Shown: in pieces, positions 44,683-55,359 of the stretch
How positions within the stretch are numbered: the first letter of the stretch is position 1
Layout of the letters: every line of letters starts with the position of its first letter
Source: Clostridia bacterium
GTDB taxonomy: Bacteria > Bacillota > Clostridia > Oscillospirales > CAG-272
NCBI GenBank assembly: GCA_024405755.1
Contig: JAKSOD010000005.1
Location: 3,412 to 67,411, forward strand
Reading direction: 5' to 3'
DNA length: 64,000 nt
The notes under the pieces: model-generated
The model's database searches: none
The model's input: the letters and a program-made list of their open reading frames with translations, nothing else
Told to the model about the DNA's origin: nothing
Made by a program: the position numbers and the translations under genes

Positions 44683-45129
44683 ATGAAACTCATTCTCACT
44701 CAGGACGTAAAGGCACAGGGCAAAAAGGGAGACATAATCGAAGTCTCCGACGGCTATGCCCGCAACTTTCTTCTCCCCCGCAAACTTGCGATCGTTGCCG
44801 ACGCCAAAGCACTAAACGAAGCTAAAAACAGAGAAGCTTCCATGAAACACAAGATTGAAACCGAAAAGGCAGCAGCACGCGATCTCGCCGCAAAACTCGA
44901 ATCCGCTCTCGTAAAAATCGCCGCCCCATCCGGCGCCGACGATAAACTCTACGGATCCATTACAGCCAAAGATATTGCCGAAGCACTCGAAGCACAGCAC
45001 GGTATCGTAATCGACCGCCGCAAACTCGTTATTTCCGATCCTATCCGTACTTTCGGTTCCTATACCATTGAAGCCAAACTCTATACCGAGATCACCGGAC
45101 ACGTAAACGTCCTTGTATGCCATAAATAA
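44683..45129 (+). CDS. rplI: 50S ribosomal protein L9
   Basis: [30 protein letters not shown]. Confidence 0.97.
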   Translation: MKLILTQDVKAQGKKGDIIEVSDGYARNFLLPRKLAIVADAKALNEAKNREASMKHKIETEKAAARDLAAKLESALVKIAAPSGADDKLYGSITAKDIAEALEAQHGIVIDRRKLVISDPIRTFGSYTIEAKLYTEITGHVNVLVCHK

Positions 45130-45187
45130 TTTCAGAAACGCCGAAAAACACAATTCCATATAAAAAACTGTTATCGGAGCGTTCCAC

Positions 45188-46660
45188 ATGAACGAAGAAG
45201 CCATCAAGAAGTTGCCGTTTTCGATACTTGCCGAGCAGGCTCTGCTGGGTTCGGTTCTTATTGACCCCGCCGCTCTCGTGCAGATATCCGATACCGTCAA
45301 CGCCTCTGATTTCTACATCAGCGAACACCGCGCAATATACTCCGCAATGCTGCATCTCTCCGGAGCCAGCCGTGACATTGATCTTGTTACCCTTCTCGAT
45401 ACTCTCGAAAAGGAAAAGGTCTATACCCGCCGCGACGACGCTGAGAGTTACATCCGTACTCTTACCGACAGCGTCCCCAACGCCCTCAATATCAGGGATT
45501 ACGCCAGGATCGTAATCGAGAAAAGTCTGATGCGTCAGCTTATCGAAGCCTGCTCGTCAATTACCGAAAAAGCATATTCCGATCAGGAAAAGGTAAACGA
45601 TGTTCTCGATTACGCCGCAGGACTGATCTCAAATATCTCCATGGGACGCGACACCCGCAACTTCAAGGATCTGAAAACCCTTCTCGCGAAAGTTTACCGC
45701 GACCTTTCGGAACTCCAACAGAATCCCGGCAGTTTTGAAGGCACGAAAACGGGATATTCCGGACTTGACCGAATGCTTGCGGGAATCGGTCAGACCGACT
45801 TTGTTCTGATCGGTGCACGTCCCGGTATGGGTAAAACGAGTTTTGCACTTAATATCGCCACCAATGTTGCCCTTCAAACCGGCAAAAAAGTCGCGATTTT
45901 CTCTCTTGAAATGTCTGACGAACAGCTTGCCACAAGGATCCTTTCAAGTACGGCAATGGTGGACAGTTATGCTCTGCGTACCGGTAATATCAGTCAGTCT
46001 GATTGGTCAAAACTTGCCGCCGCAGTGGACAAACTCTCCCCTGCCCGTATTCTGATAGATGATACATCCGATATATCCGTTTCCGCAATGAAGGCAAAAT
46101 TGCGCCGTGAAGGAAATATCGGTATGGTCGTTATTGATTACCTGCAGCTGATGCACGGCGAAAAGCATTCGGATAACCGTGTCCTTGAAGTCGCTGAGAT
46201 CACACGCGGACTGAAACTTCTTGCCAAGGATCTCAAAGTCCCGGTACTTTGCTGTTCACAGCTTTCCCGTGGCACAGAAGCAAGAACGAGCAAACGACCT
46301 ATGCTTTCCGACCTGCGTGAATCCGGATCGATCGAACAGGATGCCGACAGCGTAATCTTCATCTACCGCGACGAATACTATGACGAAAAGAAAAATTCAG
46401 AGCCTATCACCGAAGAAGCACCCGTGGTAGAGATCATTATAGCCAAAAACCGCCACGGTTCAACCGGTACAGTCAATATGCATTGGCTCGGCAAATACAC
46501 CACATTCTATTCAGCCGAAAACGATCACGGCGACGAAGACGCGCCCCCTGAATACGCAAGCCGTACCGGAGATATTCCCGTTCCCTCAACTCCCATTCCT
46601 CAGCCGCCCGTTCCCGACGCGCCTCCTCCGGAGACATCTTCGGGAATGCCGCCGTTCTGA
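45188..46660 (+). CDS. dnaB: replicative DNA helicase
   Basis: AEQALLGS N-terminus, Walker A GARPGMGKTSF, and IDYLQLM. Carries a Pro-rich C-terminal extension. Confidence 0.96.
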   Translation: MNEEAIKKLPFSILAEQALLGSVLIDPAALVQISDTVNASDFYISEHRAIYSAMLHLSGASRDIDLVTLLDTLEKEKVYTRRDDAESYIRTLTDSVPNALNIRDYARIVIEKSLMRQLIEACSSITEKAYSDQEKVNDVLDYAAGLISNISMGRDTRNFKDLKTLLAKVYRDLSELQQNPGSFEGTKTGYSGLDRMLAGIGQTDFVLIGARPGMGKTSFALNIATNVALQTGKKVAIFSLEMSDEQLATRILSSTAMVDSYALRTGNISQSDWSKLAAAVDKLSPARILIDDTSDISVSAMKAKLRREGNIGMVVIDYLQLMHGEKHSDNRVLEVAEITRGLKLLAKDLKVPVLCCSQLSRGTEARTSKRPMLSDLRESGSIEQDADSVIFIYRDEYYDEKKNSEPITEEAPVVEIIIAKNRHGSTGTVNMHWLGKYTTFYSAENDHGDEDAPPEYASRTGDIPVPSTPIPQPPVPDAPPPETSSGMPPF

Positions 46661-46679
46661 TCAGGGAAAACTACCGATA

Positions 46680-48083
46680 ATGAACGATTTTATTGAAATG
46701 CCGCCCGAAGGATACCGTTCTCCGCACGAACTTGCGGGACTCCCCGACAATGTCCCCGTACTTCTCGGACTCTCGGGAGGAGCAGATTCAACCGCCCTGC
46801 TTCATATTCTGGTCGGAAGCGGAGTCAAAGTGACCGCTGCCCATATCAATCATTGTATCCGCGGAGCGGAAGCGGACGAAGATGAAGCATTCTGCCGTGA
46901 AATGTGCGAAAAACTCAGAGTACCGCTTGAAGTCCTCCGCTGCGACGTTCCCGCGGAAGCAATGAAAACCGGTGAAGGACTTGAAGAAGCCGCACGCCGC
47001 ATAAGATATTCGTTTTTTAATAAAATAATGAAGGAAAGGCATATTCCGATTCTCGTTACGGCACACAACGCCGACGATAATCTGGAAACTCTCCTCTTCA
47101 ATATTTCCCGCGGCAGCAGCACACGCGGAGGCTGCGGTATCCCTCCCGTAAGAAAAGAGGGAAGATCCGCGGTTGTAGTCCGTCCGATCCTCGGTTTGAC
47201 AAAAAAGGAAATAATTGAATACTGTGATTCACACGGTCTGCGTTACGTTACAGACAGCACCAACTCCGACGAAAACTATTCAAGAAACCGGCTGCGGCAT
47301 AAAGTCCTTCCCGAACTTCGCCGCCTTAATCCCGATGCAGCGGGAGCAGCGATCCGCTTCTGCGACTCGCTCCGTGAAGACGACGCATATCTTACCTCCG
47401 CAGCAGAGGAAAAAAAGCAGGAGATCACAACAAAGGACGGACTTCTCACCGATCCGCTTTCCGGACTTCCGCGCGCTCTTTCCGCACGAATTCTATTCGC
47501 AGCAGCAAAAGAAGCAGGTGCCGCTCCCGAAAGACACCATCTGAATGCAATGCTTGATATTGCCGCAGAAGGTTACGGATCTCAGTCACTCCCCGGCGGA
47601 GTAACAGCACACGTCAGACGCGGGATACTGTCTTTCTCGCGTGACGACAGAACTCCGGCACGGGATAAAAAATGCCGGGATAGACAACCCGAATGGGAAA
47701 TTTCCGCCAAAAACGGAGAAAATCCGCTTCCTTACGGATCCGGAACACTTTTTTTCGGTGATAATGCGGAAAATTGCATAGGAATTTACAATTTATCAAC
47801 ATTCATTACACTTAATACTGATAGAATAAAGGGAAAGATTTCCATAAGGAACAGACGCCCGGGAGACGTCGTTCTTATAAGTGGAATGCATAAATCCCTT
47901 CGCAAACTTCTCTGCGACGCTCATCTTCCTCTGACAGCCGAAGAACGCAGGAGCCTCCCCGTGATCTGCGACGAAAACGGAATAATCTGGGTCCCCGGTC
48001 TGCGCCCGCGCGACGGAGCAGCGGCACAAAAAGGTGATCCCGATATTCTGCAAATTGCATATATTCTTCCAAAGACAAATTGA
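46680..48083 (+). CDS. tilS: tRNA(Ile)-lysidine synthetase
   Basis: PP-loop motif LSGGADSTALLH. Sits upstream of hpt-ftsH. Confidence 0.93.
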   Translation: MNDFIEMPPEGYRSPHELAGLPDNVPVLLGLSGGADSTALLHILVGSGVKVTAAHINHCIRGAEADEDEAFCREMCEKLRVPLEVLRCDVPAEAMKTGEGLEEAARRIRYSFFNKIMKERHIPILVTAHNADDNLETLLFNISRGSSTRGGCGIPPVRKEGRSAVVVRPILGLTKKEIIEYCDSHGLRYVTDSTNSDENYSRNRLRHKVLPELRRLNPDAAGAAIRFCDSLREDDAYLTSAAEEKKQEITTKDGLLTDPLSGLPRALSARILFAAAKEAGAAPERHHLNAMLDIAAEGYGSQSLPGGVTAHVRRGILSFSRDDRTPARDKKCRDRQPEWEISAKNGENPLPYGSGTLFFGDNAENCIGIYNLSTFITLNTDRIKGKISIRNRRPGDVVLISGMHKSLRKLLCDAHLPLTAEERRSLPVICDENGIIWVPGLRPRDGAAAQKGDPDILQIAYILPKTN

Positions 48084-48190
48084 AAATTTTTCCTTATTTC
48101 TTCATTTTCCGCTGTCCGTAAAAACTCCGAAAAACAGGCAGGAATAAGAAACACACGAATAAAAAATAATACAAACTGAAGGGCAAAACA

Positions 48191-48748
48191 ATGCACAATA
48201 TGATTGATGATATCGACTACACCCTCATACCGGAAGAAGAGATAAACACAATCGTTGACAGAATCGCCGCCGAAATCGACCGCGACTATGACAACAGCGG
48301 CCGCGGACTTCTTCTTCTTGCCATCCTGAAAGGCTCAGTTGCCTTTATGGGCGACCTTATGAAAAAAATCAAACGTCCCGTGGAGATCGATTTTATGAAA
48401 GTATCCTCATACGGATCAGGCACAAAAAGCTCCGGAAAGGTCAATATTCTCCTTGACATCCACCGCGGAGATCTTGCAAACCTTGACGTTATCGTGGTAG
48501 AAGACATTATTGACAGCGGAAATACGCTTTCCTACCTCGTTGACTACTTAAAACTCAAAGGTGCCCGCAGCGTCCGCTGCGCCACCATGCTCGACAAACC
48601 CTCACGCCGTAAAGTTGACTTTATCCCCGACTACTGCGGCAAAGAGATTCCCGACGTCTTCGTCGTAGGCTACGGACTCGATTACGACGAAAAATACCGC
48701 ACTCTCCCCTTTGTCGGCGTTTTAAAACCCGAAATCTATTCCGAATAA
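48191..48748 (+). CDS. hpt: hypoxanthine phosphoribosyltransferase
   Basis: PRPP-binding motif VVEDIIDSGNTLS. Confidence 0.95.
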   Translation: MHNMIDDIDYTLIPEEEINTIVDRIAAEIDRDYDNSGRGLLLLAILKGSVAFMGDLMKKIKRPVEIDFMKVSSYGSGTKSSGKVNILLDIHRGDLANLDVIVVEDIIDSGNTLSYLVDYLKLKGARSVRCATMLDKPSRRKVDFIPDYCGKEIPDVFVVGYGLDYDEKYRTLPFVGVLKPEIYSE

Positions 48749-48791
48749 GCCGGAATAACACGAAATTCATCCCAAGAAAGGCATTTTCCGT

Positions 48792-50780
48792 ATGAACAAA
48801 CGTTCCAGCAGTAATGCGAAAACACTTTTGCTTTATCTGGTTGTCGTCGTAGTCCTGATCCTCGTGCTCTCAAGCATTTTCTCCGGCGGCGCTCAGAAAA
48901 ATCTGGGTTACAGCGACATCAGAAAACAGTTTACAGACGCTAACGTCGAACAATTCACCGTTACCAACGACAACATCATTATCCTCACCCTGAAAGAGCC
49001 GCTGAACAACGCCAAGGAGATCTCATACGAACTCAAAGATATTGAATTCTTTCGCGAAGATCTCGGTGAGTTGATAAATAAACAACTTGACGAGGGTATC
49101 CTTACCTACTGCGAGTACGAGCCGGATACTTCATGGCCGTGGTGGGTGGTACTTCTTCCCTACGCTGCGATCCTTATCCTCTTTGCCGTCATCTGGATCT
49201 ACGTGGCAAATCAGGCATCCGGCAAGGGCGGTAAGATGAACAGCTTCGGCAGAGCGCGTGTCAAGACCGCTGCCGATAACAAGCAAAAGGTCACATTCAA
49301 GGATGTGGCAGGTGCCGATGAAGAAAAAGAAGAACTCAAAGAGATCGTCGATTTTCTTAAAGATCCCCAAAAATACACCGCTCTCGGTGCAAAGATCCCC
49401 CACGGCGTTCTGTTGATGGGCCCTCCCGGGACAGGTAAGACTCTGCTTGCAAAAGCCGTCGCAGGTGAGGCGGACGTTCCCTTCCTCTCCATTTCCGGTT
49501 CGGATTTCGTTGAAATGTACGTTGGTGTCGGTGCATCCCGTGTACGCGATCTTTTCGAGACCGCACGCAAGTCTACCGCCTCCATAGTATTCATTGATGA
49601 AATCGACGCTGTCGGCCGTCATAGAGGCGCAGGTCTCGGCGGCGGACACGACGAACGTGAGCAGACACTTAACCAACTGCTCGTTGAAATGGACGGTTTC
49701 GGTGCTCACGAGGGAATCATTGTCATGGCAGCAACCAACAGACCTGACATCCTTGACCCCGCTCTTCTGCGTCCGGGACGTTTCGACCGCCAGATCACAG
49801 TTAATTACCCCGATATCAAAGGTCGTGAAGAGATCCTTCTCGTACACGCCCGGAATAAGAAATTTGAAGACGAAGTGGATTTCGCCACGATCGCCAAGAC
49901 GACCTCCGGCTTTACCGGTGCAGATCTTGCCAACCTCCTCAATGAAGCGGCTCTTCTTGCGGTACGCCGCGGGAAATCCCTTATCGGCATGGATGACATT
50001 GAGGATGCCTTCATCAAAGTCTTGGCAGGTCCTCAGAAGAAATCCCGCCGTATGATCGAAAAAGAACGTAAAAACACAGCATATCACGAAGCCGGACACG
50101 CAGTTGTCGGCTATTATCTGCCGACACAGGATCCCGTTCACGCGATCTCCATTATCCCTGCCGGACAGACTCTCGGAGTAACAATTTCGATACCGACCGT
50201 TGATAAATTCTCCGTATATAAGCAGGAACTCAACGAACGGATCTCCGGTCTTCTCGGGGGAAGAGTTGCCGAGCAGCTCACCTTCGGCGACTATTCCGGC
50301 GGAGCTTCCAATGATATACAGCGTGCCACGGGCATTGCTCACAAAATGGTGACACAGCTCGGTATGTCCGATCTTCTCGGTCCCATCCGCTACGGCTCCA
50401 CACACGGAGACGACGTGTTCCTCGGACGTGATTTCTCGTCTCAGCAGGATTATTCGGACGCTACCGCCGCAAAAATTGACACGGAAGTACAGCGTATCGT
50501 GACCGAAGCCTACGACGCCGCGAAGAAAATACTCACCGACCATGCCGATAAACTGAAATTCGTTGCCGAATTTCTCCTGTCTCACGAAATGATGGACGGA
50601 GATCAGTTCCGTGCCGCAATGGAGAGTGATTCTCCAAGCACGGAAGAACTTGAAGCTATTGCCGCGGAAAAGAAACGCCGCAGCAAAGAAGCCAACGAAA
50701 ATGCGTCAAAAAACGCAGATACCGTTGAATTCACTGCCAATAACAATGAGAATCAGGAAAATCAAAACGACAATAACTGA
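48792..50780 (+). CDS. ftsH: ATP-dependent zinc metalloprotease FtsH
   Basis: Walker [14 protein letters not shown], an SRH region, and the HEAGHA zinc site. Confidence 0.97.
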   Translation: MNKRSSSNAKTLLLYLVVVVVLILVLSSIFSGGAQKNLGYSDIRKQFTDANVEQFTVTNDNIIILTLKEPLNNAKEISYELKDIEFFREDLGELINKQLDEGILTYCEYEPDTSWPWWVVLLPYAAILILFAVIWIYVANQASGKGGKMNSFGRARVKTAADNKQKVTFKDVAGADEEKEELKEIVDFLKDPQKYTALGAKIPHGVLLMGPPGTGKTLLAKAVAGEADVPFLSISGSDFVEMYVGVGASRVRDLFETARKSTASIVFIDEIDAVGRHRGAGLGGGHDEREQTLNQLLVEMDGFGAHEGIIVMAATNRPDILDPALLRPGRFDRQITVNYPDIKGREEILLVHARNKKFEDEVDFATIAKTTSGFTGADLANLLNEAALLAVRRGKSLIGMDDIEDAFIKVLAGPQKKSRRMIEKERKNTAYHEAGHAVVGYYLPTQDPVHAISIIPAGQTLGVTISIPTVDKFSVYKQELNERISGLLGGRVAEQLTFGDYSGGASNDIQRATGIAHKMVTQLGMSDLLGPIRYGSTHGDDVFLGRDFSSQQDYSDATAAKIDTEVQRIVTEAYDAAKKILTDHADKLKFVAEFLLSHEMMDGDQFRAAMESDSPSTEELEAIAAEKKRRSKEANENASKNADTVEFTANNNENQENQNDNN

Positions 50781-50800
50781 TTAAACGGATTCATATTAGT

Positions 50801-50839
50801 GAAAATTTCCCGCGTCCTTCAAGGATGCGGGAAATTTTC
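50801..50839. terminator. bidirectional terminator between ftsH and the HD-domain gene
   Basis: 17-bp stem GAAAATTTCCCGCGTCC / GGATGCGGGAAATTTTC with one G-U pair and a 5-nt loop. Confidence 0.7.
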
Positions 50840-50847
50840 ATTATATT

Positions 50848-52542
50848 TCATTCTCCGAGTTTTTTGCAGGCATCTTCAATCTGCGCGGATTCTTTAAGAC
50901 CGGAGAATATCATTCCGCGATCGCACAGAATACCGTTGTCCCGAAGCACGCGCAGTGCAGCGACGCTCACGGCAGGAAGTGAATTACGATCGGAAAAAAT
51001 ATAGGCGTTATATGAATGCCCCGCGAATGATCCTGCCCAGTCGTTAAGATCCACTACTTTCGACATCGGGATAAAATTCCCGTCGTATGTCAGAACAGGA
51101 GTGCGGGAAAAGTTTTTCGCCATACTTATCTTAGGGACGGAAATATGCACGTCGTATATTTCAGGCACGGGAATCCCCAATTCACGGGCACATCTCTGCG
51201 CTTCTGCCGTGATCTTCTGTCTGAGATCCGGGATGCTGCGCAGTGCATCCACAAGTTCCCCGACTTCAAATTCGCCGGCTTTCATGTCTCCGATACGGGC
51301 GATATTACCGAGATTCAATACCATTGCCTTCTTCGGAAGTCGGCGCAAAAGGACTCGTTCCGCCACGTCTCCCACAGTTCGCCTTGTGGAATCCGAAAGC
51401 CGCCATCCCGCCGCGGCGGGACGCAGAGCATCATCGCGCTGACGTGAGCCTATGGCATATATGTCGTTGTCGCAGAGAGTCAGAAAATCGCAGGGGTGAG
51501 ACAGTCTTCCGCCGCGCCTCATGCCGTCCACAAGATCCTCAGCCATGGATTCCACGGCAAGCACTTTCTGATGCTGGTAAATATATCTTGAGAGCATAAG
51601 CTTTGAAAATACCATTTCTTCAACGGTGGATATTCCCGAAACGGGAACGGTAAGATGCCGTTCCTTCACATTCTCCCCCGTTAACGGATCGGTTACGATC
51701 TTGTCCGCAATGCGAAGTTTATATAGAAATCTGTCAATATGATACGTCAGGGCAAGTCCCGTGGCATAACTGTCACGGCGCAGATAGTCAAGGGCATCCG
51801 CGTCAAATTGCCCGTTAATCATTTCGGTGAGATAAGAGTACCTGACTCCGTCCGTCACCTCGGGCAAAGCACCCACGATCATCCTGCCGACAAGGAGCAG
51901 AACGGAATCGGCACTTTCTTTCTCCAACGGATATCCGGTCTGTTCTCTGAAAAATCTTCGGAACGACGGCGTATTTATTATAATGTAGCCAAGTATCTCG
52001 TGAGGCTGAGCGGAAGCAAAAACAGGCTCAGTTTCCCTCAGCCTTTTCATCATTGAATACTGACCGTATATGGATTCCGAAAGATGTGAGAAAAAGCAAT
52101 GACCTACGTCGTGCAAAAGGGCAGCAAGACGAAGAATACGTATATGCCCGCGCGGGATTGGCGATTGTCTGCCATCCTCGGCGGAATTTTCATCATGATT
52201 CACGCCGGATACCATCTGTGATACAACAGCAACCACTCCGAGCGTATGTTCAAACCTTGAATGGTGAGCGGAAGGATAGGTCAGTACCGCAAGACCGAGT
52301 TGATTTATCAGACGCAGGCGTTGAAGAAGCGGAGAGTCAATTATCTGCAATTCCCAAGGATAGAACATGACCGTTCCCCACACGCAGTCGTGTATGACTT
52401 TATTTTGTGAAAACTGCTGCGGTTGGTAGTCACTCATAAGACTATCAACAAAACGGTCCGCACGGTCAAGAAAATCAAAGAAAACGTCTGACGTACAGTC
52501 CTGACGTCCCGCCGCTTCCTTGATTTTTCCCATATCGGTCAT
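50848..52542 (-). CDS. HD-domain phosphohydrolase (COG1078/SAMHD1-like dNTPase family) with a long C-terminal extension
   Basis: HSRFEHTLGV, LLHDVGH and DADALDYLRRDS motifs. Confidence 0.85.
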   Translation of the reverse strand: MTDMGKIKEAAGRQDCTSDVFFDFLDRADRFVDSLMSDYQPQQFSQNKVIHDCVWGTVMFYPWELQIIDSPLLQRLRLINQLGLAVLTYPSAHHSRFEHTLGVVAVVSQMVSGVNHDENSAEDGRQSPIPRGHIRILRLAALLHDVGHCFFSHLSESIYGQYSMMKRLRETEPVFASAQPHEILGYIIINTPSFRRFFREQTGYPLEKESADSVLLLVGRMIVGALPEVTDGVRYSYLTEMINGQFDADALDYLRRDSYATGLALTYHIDRFLYKLRIADKIVTDPLTGENVKERHLTVPVSGISTVEEMVFSKLMLSRYIYQHQKVLAVESMAEDLVDGMRRGGRLSHPCDFLTLCDNDIYAIGSRQRDDALRPAAAGWRLSDSTRRTVGDVAERVLLRRLPKKAMVLNLGNIARIGDMKAGEFEVGELVDALRSIPDLRQKITAEAQRCARELGIPVPEIYDVHISVPKISMAKNFSRTPVLTYDGNFIPMSKVVDLNDWAGSFAGHSYNAYIFSDRNSLPAVSVAALRVLRDNGILCDRGMIFSGLKESAQIEDACKKLGE

Positions 52543-52616
52543 ATCTTCTCTCGCCCCTTTCGGTTTTTTATTGTTTTTATTGTGATTTATATTACGTTGA
52601 TTTCCTTCACGACCGA

Positions 52617-53591
52617 TCAGAAGATCAAATGAGCAATCATTCCTCCGAGGATACCGACTGAAAGCAAAGATGCCACAACGTAAAGATTCTGCCGCAGGCG
52701 ATCGCGTCCGCGATTGGTACGGAAAAGCACGAGGAGTCCCACTCCGCCGTTGACGAGGAGTCCCGCCATCAGCGGACCGGCACCGATAACGCCGTCAAGG
52801 TAAAAACCTGTCAGCATAACGGAAACGGAACAGTTGGGGATCAGTCCTATAATACCGGAAATAACCTCACCCCAAACGGGCATATTGACCGGTAGAGCAC
52901 GTATGCGTTCTTCACCGATATATCCGACGCAGCAGGCGATCAAAAGAGATACAATAAAAATCGTTATCGTTACCTGTACCGTATGGTGAAGAGCCGAACG
53001 GAAAATGCCCTGCTCACAATGGCAGCCCTCGCGCACACAGACAGAACAAATCCCGTGCTCGCTGCAGTGAACGTGCTCCTCGCTTTGTTCCTCACCGTCA
53101 TCATGACATTCTCCATGATCGCTGTCGTGATCAGATCCGGTTCTGCGTTTGTGTTCGTGACCGTGAGTATGAATCGTATCTTTTCTGCGGCGGAGCAGGC
53201 GCAGCACACCGTCTATGGCAAATCCGGCAGCAATACCGTAAATCAGCTTGAATGCAATAAATTTCAGCAGAGCACCGACCTCACCCGCCGATATCAGAAC
53301 CGGGAGCATCTCGTCGGAAGTTGCAAGCATCACGGCAATGAACGTCCCCACGGTGATAACACCGGTGGAATAAAGTCCCGCGGCACCTCCCGCTATTCCA
53401 CACTGAGGTATGACGCCGAGTATTCCGCCCGCAAGCGGTCCGTATCCGCGTGCCGAACGTATTGCGGCAATAGTTTTTTCTCCCGCCTTGTGTTCGAGAA
53501 GTTCCATCAGAAGGTATGTGAGAAAGAGCACCGGAAGCAATTTCAAGGTGTCAAGTGCAGTATCTTTAAGGCAATCTATGAATATTTCCAT
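52617..53591 (-). CDS. putative 10-TM metal transporter (ArsP_2 / putative manganese transporter family) with a His/Cys/Asp-rich loop
   Basis: ATG 53591 with AAGGGGA upstream. Conserved IPQCG motif. The central loop reads HTHGHEHKRRTGSDHDSDHGECHDDGEEQSEEHVHCSEHGICSVCVREGCHCEQG. Confidence 0.75.
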   Translation of the reverse strand: MEIFIDCLKDTALDTLKLLPVLFLTYLLMELLEHKAGEKTIAAIRSARGYGPLAGGILGVIPQCGIAGGAAGLYSTGVITVGTFIAVMLATSDEMLPVLISAGEVGALLKFIAFKLIYGIAAGFAIDGVLRLLRRRKDTIHTHGHEHKRRTGSDHDSDHGECHDDGEEQSEEHVHCSEHGICSVCVREGCHCEQGIFRSALHHTVQVTITIFIVSLLIACCVGYIGEERIRALPVNMPVWGEVISGIIGLIPNCSVSVMLTGFYLDGVIGAGPLMAGLLVNGGVGLLVLFRTNRGRDRLRQNLYVVASLLSVGILGGMIAHLIF

Positions 53592-53759
53592 TTTATTCCC
53601 CTTGTTTTGCGAATAACAATAATAATATACCACAAAATCACAACACAATCAAGTTTTTTCTTTTTTTCTTTCGATTTTGGACAAAAATTGCACTTAAACC
53701 TTGAAAAGCACACATTGGATGTGATATACTAACATCAGATAATGAACGGAGGTCAAAAA

Positions 53760-55322
53760 ATGCTATCGTTGGCGTACAGTGCCGGTCTTTCCGGTATCGA
53801 CAGTTTTATAGTTACGGTGGAAACAGACGGTGCACCTACGATCCCAGGATTTGAACTTGTCGGACTTCCCGACGCCGCCGTAAAAGAAGCAAAAGAGCGA
53901 ATCAGAAGTGCTTGTTTCAACAGCGGATTCCGTTTCCCGGAACTGTTTCTAACTCTGAATCTTGCTCCTGCCGACCGACGCAAAGAAGGCTCGGCATTTG
54001 ATCTGGCTATGCTTGTGGGGATCCTTCGCTGCGAAGGGACGATTTCACGTGAAATCAGCCTTGAAGGAAAATGCTTCGTAGGTGAACTCTCACTTTCGGG
54101 GAAACTGCGCGGAGTACGCGGAGTACTGTGTATGTGCGCCGCCGCAAAGAATGCCGGTTTTTCGGAGTTTTATGTTCCCGCAGTGAATGCCCGTGAAGCT
54201 GCCGCAGTTGAAGGAATAAATGTTTACCCCGTGGAAAACGTACGTCAGCTTGTCGAACATCTTAACGGAAATGCCAAAATTCCTCCTGTCGGAAGTGACA
54301 CTCACGCATTTGACTCTTCCTCTGACGGCGGTGCGGATTTTGCCGACGTGAAAGGGCAGACAGCCGCGAAACGCGCAATGGAGATCGCCGCTGCCGGAGG
54401 TCACAATATTCTGCTGATCGGCCCGCCCGGAACGGGAAAATCAATGCTTGCCAAACGTCTTCCGTCGATCCTGCCTCCGCTGACTTTCGACGAAGCGATC
54501 GAAACAACAAAAATCCATTCGGTGGCGGGGACTCTGCCGGAAAATGTGTCACTTCTCACCACGCGCCCGTTCCGCTCACCTCACCACACAATGTCAGCAG
54601 TGTCACTCGTGGGCGGCGGTGTTATCCCTATGCCCGGGGAAATCTCACTTGCCCACAACGGAGTACTTTTCCTCGACGAACTGCCGGAGTTTCCCAAACT
54701 TGTCACCGACACATTGCGCCAGCCTATTGAAGACAGAAAAATCACGATTACACGCGCAAGCGGAAGAGTGACTTTCCCATGCTCTTTTATGCTCGTTGCC
54801 GCAATGAATCCTTGCCGCTGCGGATTTTACGGTCATCCCACCCGTCAGTGCACCTGCTCTGCAGGTGACGTAAAGAGGTACATTTCAAAAATCAGCGGTC
54901 CGCTTCTTGACCGTATCGACATTCAGGTCGAGCTTCCCTCCCTCTCATACGATGAACTTTCGTCAGCTTCTGCCCCGGCAGAGACGTCGGCAGAAATCAG
55001 AAAACGTGTAGTTGCAGCAAGAGAATTCATGAGGAAACGTCTGAAAGACGCAGGTGTCACCGAAAATGACAACGGCTCGCAAATATTCTGCAACGCCCAG
55101 CTTGACTCCTCAGGAATCCGGCGCACTTGTATACCCAGCAGCGAAGCGTCTGCACTTCTTCGTACCGCATACGACCGTCTCGGACTCTCCGCCCGCGGTT
55201 ATGACCGTGTAATGCGTATGGCACGAACTATTGCAGACCTTGACGCTTCCGAAAAAATAGAAGCAACTCATATAGCGCAGGCGATAAGTCTGCGCAGCCT
55301 TGATAAAAAATATTGGGGATAA
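53760..55322 (+). CDS. comM: YifB/ComM family Mg-chelatase-like AAA+ ATPase
   Basis: ATG 53760 (RBS GGAGG). Walker A GPPGTGKSMLAKR and a Lon-like N-domain. Confidence 0.92.
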   Translation: MLSLAYSAGLSGIDSFIVTVETDGAPTIPGFELVGLPDAAVKEAKERIRSACFNSGFRFPELFLTLNLAPADRRKEGSAFDLAMLVGILRCEGTISREISLEGKCFVGELSLSGKLRGVRGVLCMCAAAKNAGFSEFYVPAVNAREAAAVEGINVYPVENVRQLVEHLNGNAKIPPVGSDTHAFDSSSDGGADFADVKGQTAAKRAMEIAAAGGHNILLIGPPGTGKSMLAKRLPSILPPLTFDEAIETTKIHSVAGTLPENVSLLTTRPFRSPHHTMSAVSLVGGGVIPMPGEISLAHNGVLFLDELPEFPKLVTDTLRQPIEDRKITITRASGRVTFPCSFMLVAAMNPCRCGFYGHPTRQCTCSAGDVKRYISKISGPLLDRIDIQVELPSLSYDELSSASAPAETSAEIRKRVVAAREFMRKRLKDAGVTENDNGSQIFCNAQLDSSGIRRTCIPSSEASALLRTAYDRLGLSARGYDRVMRMARTIADLDASEKIEATHIAQAISLRSLDKKYWG

Positions 55323-55359
55323 TCCGTAATATACAGTAACACCGGAAGGAGACAAACAT

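Noticed and set aside
49131-50585. A 484-aa ORF antisense to ftsH. The 381-aa ORF at 40743..41888, antisense to nusA, is a similar case.
   Set aside because: These are shadow ORFs opposite highly conserved genes. They have no independent start signals.
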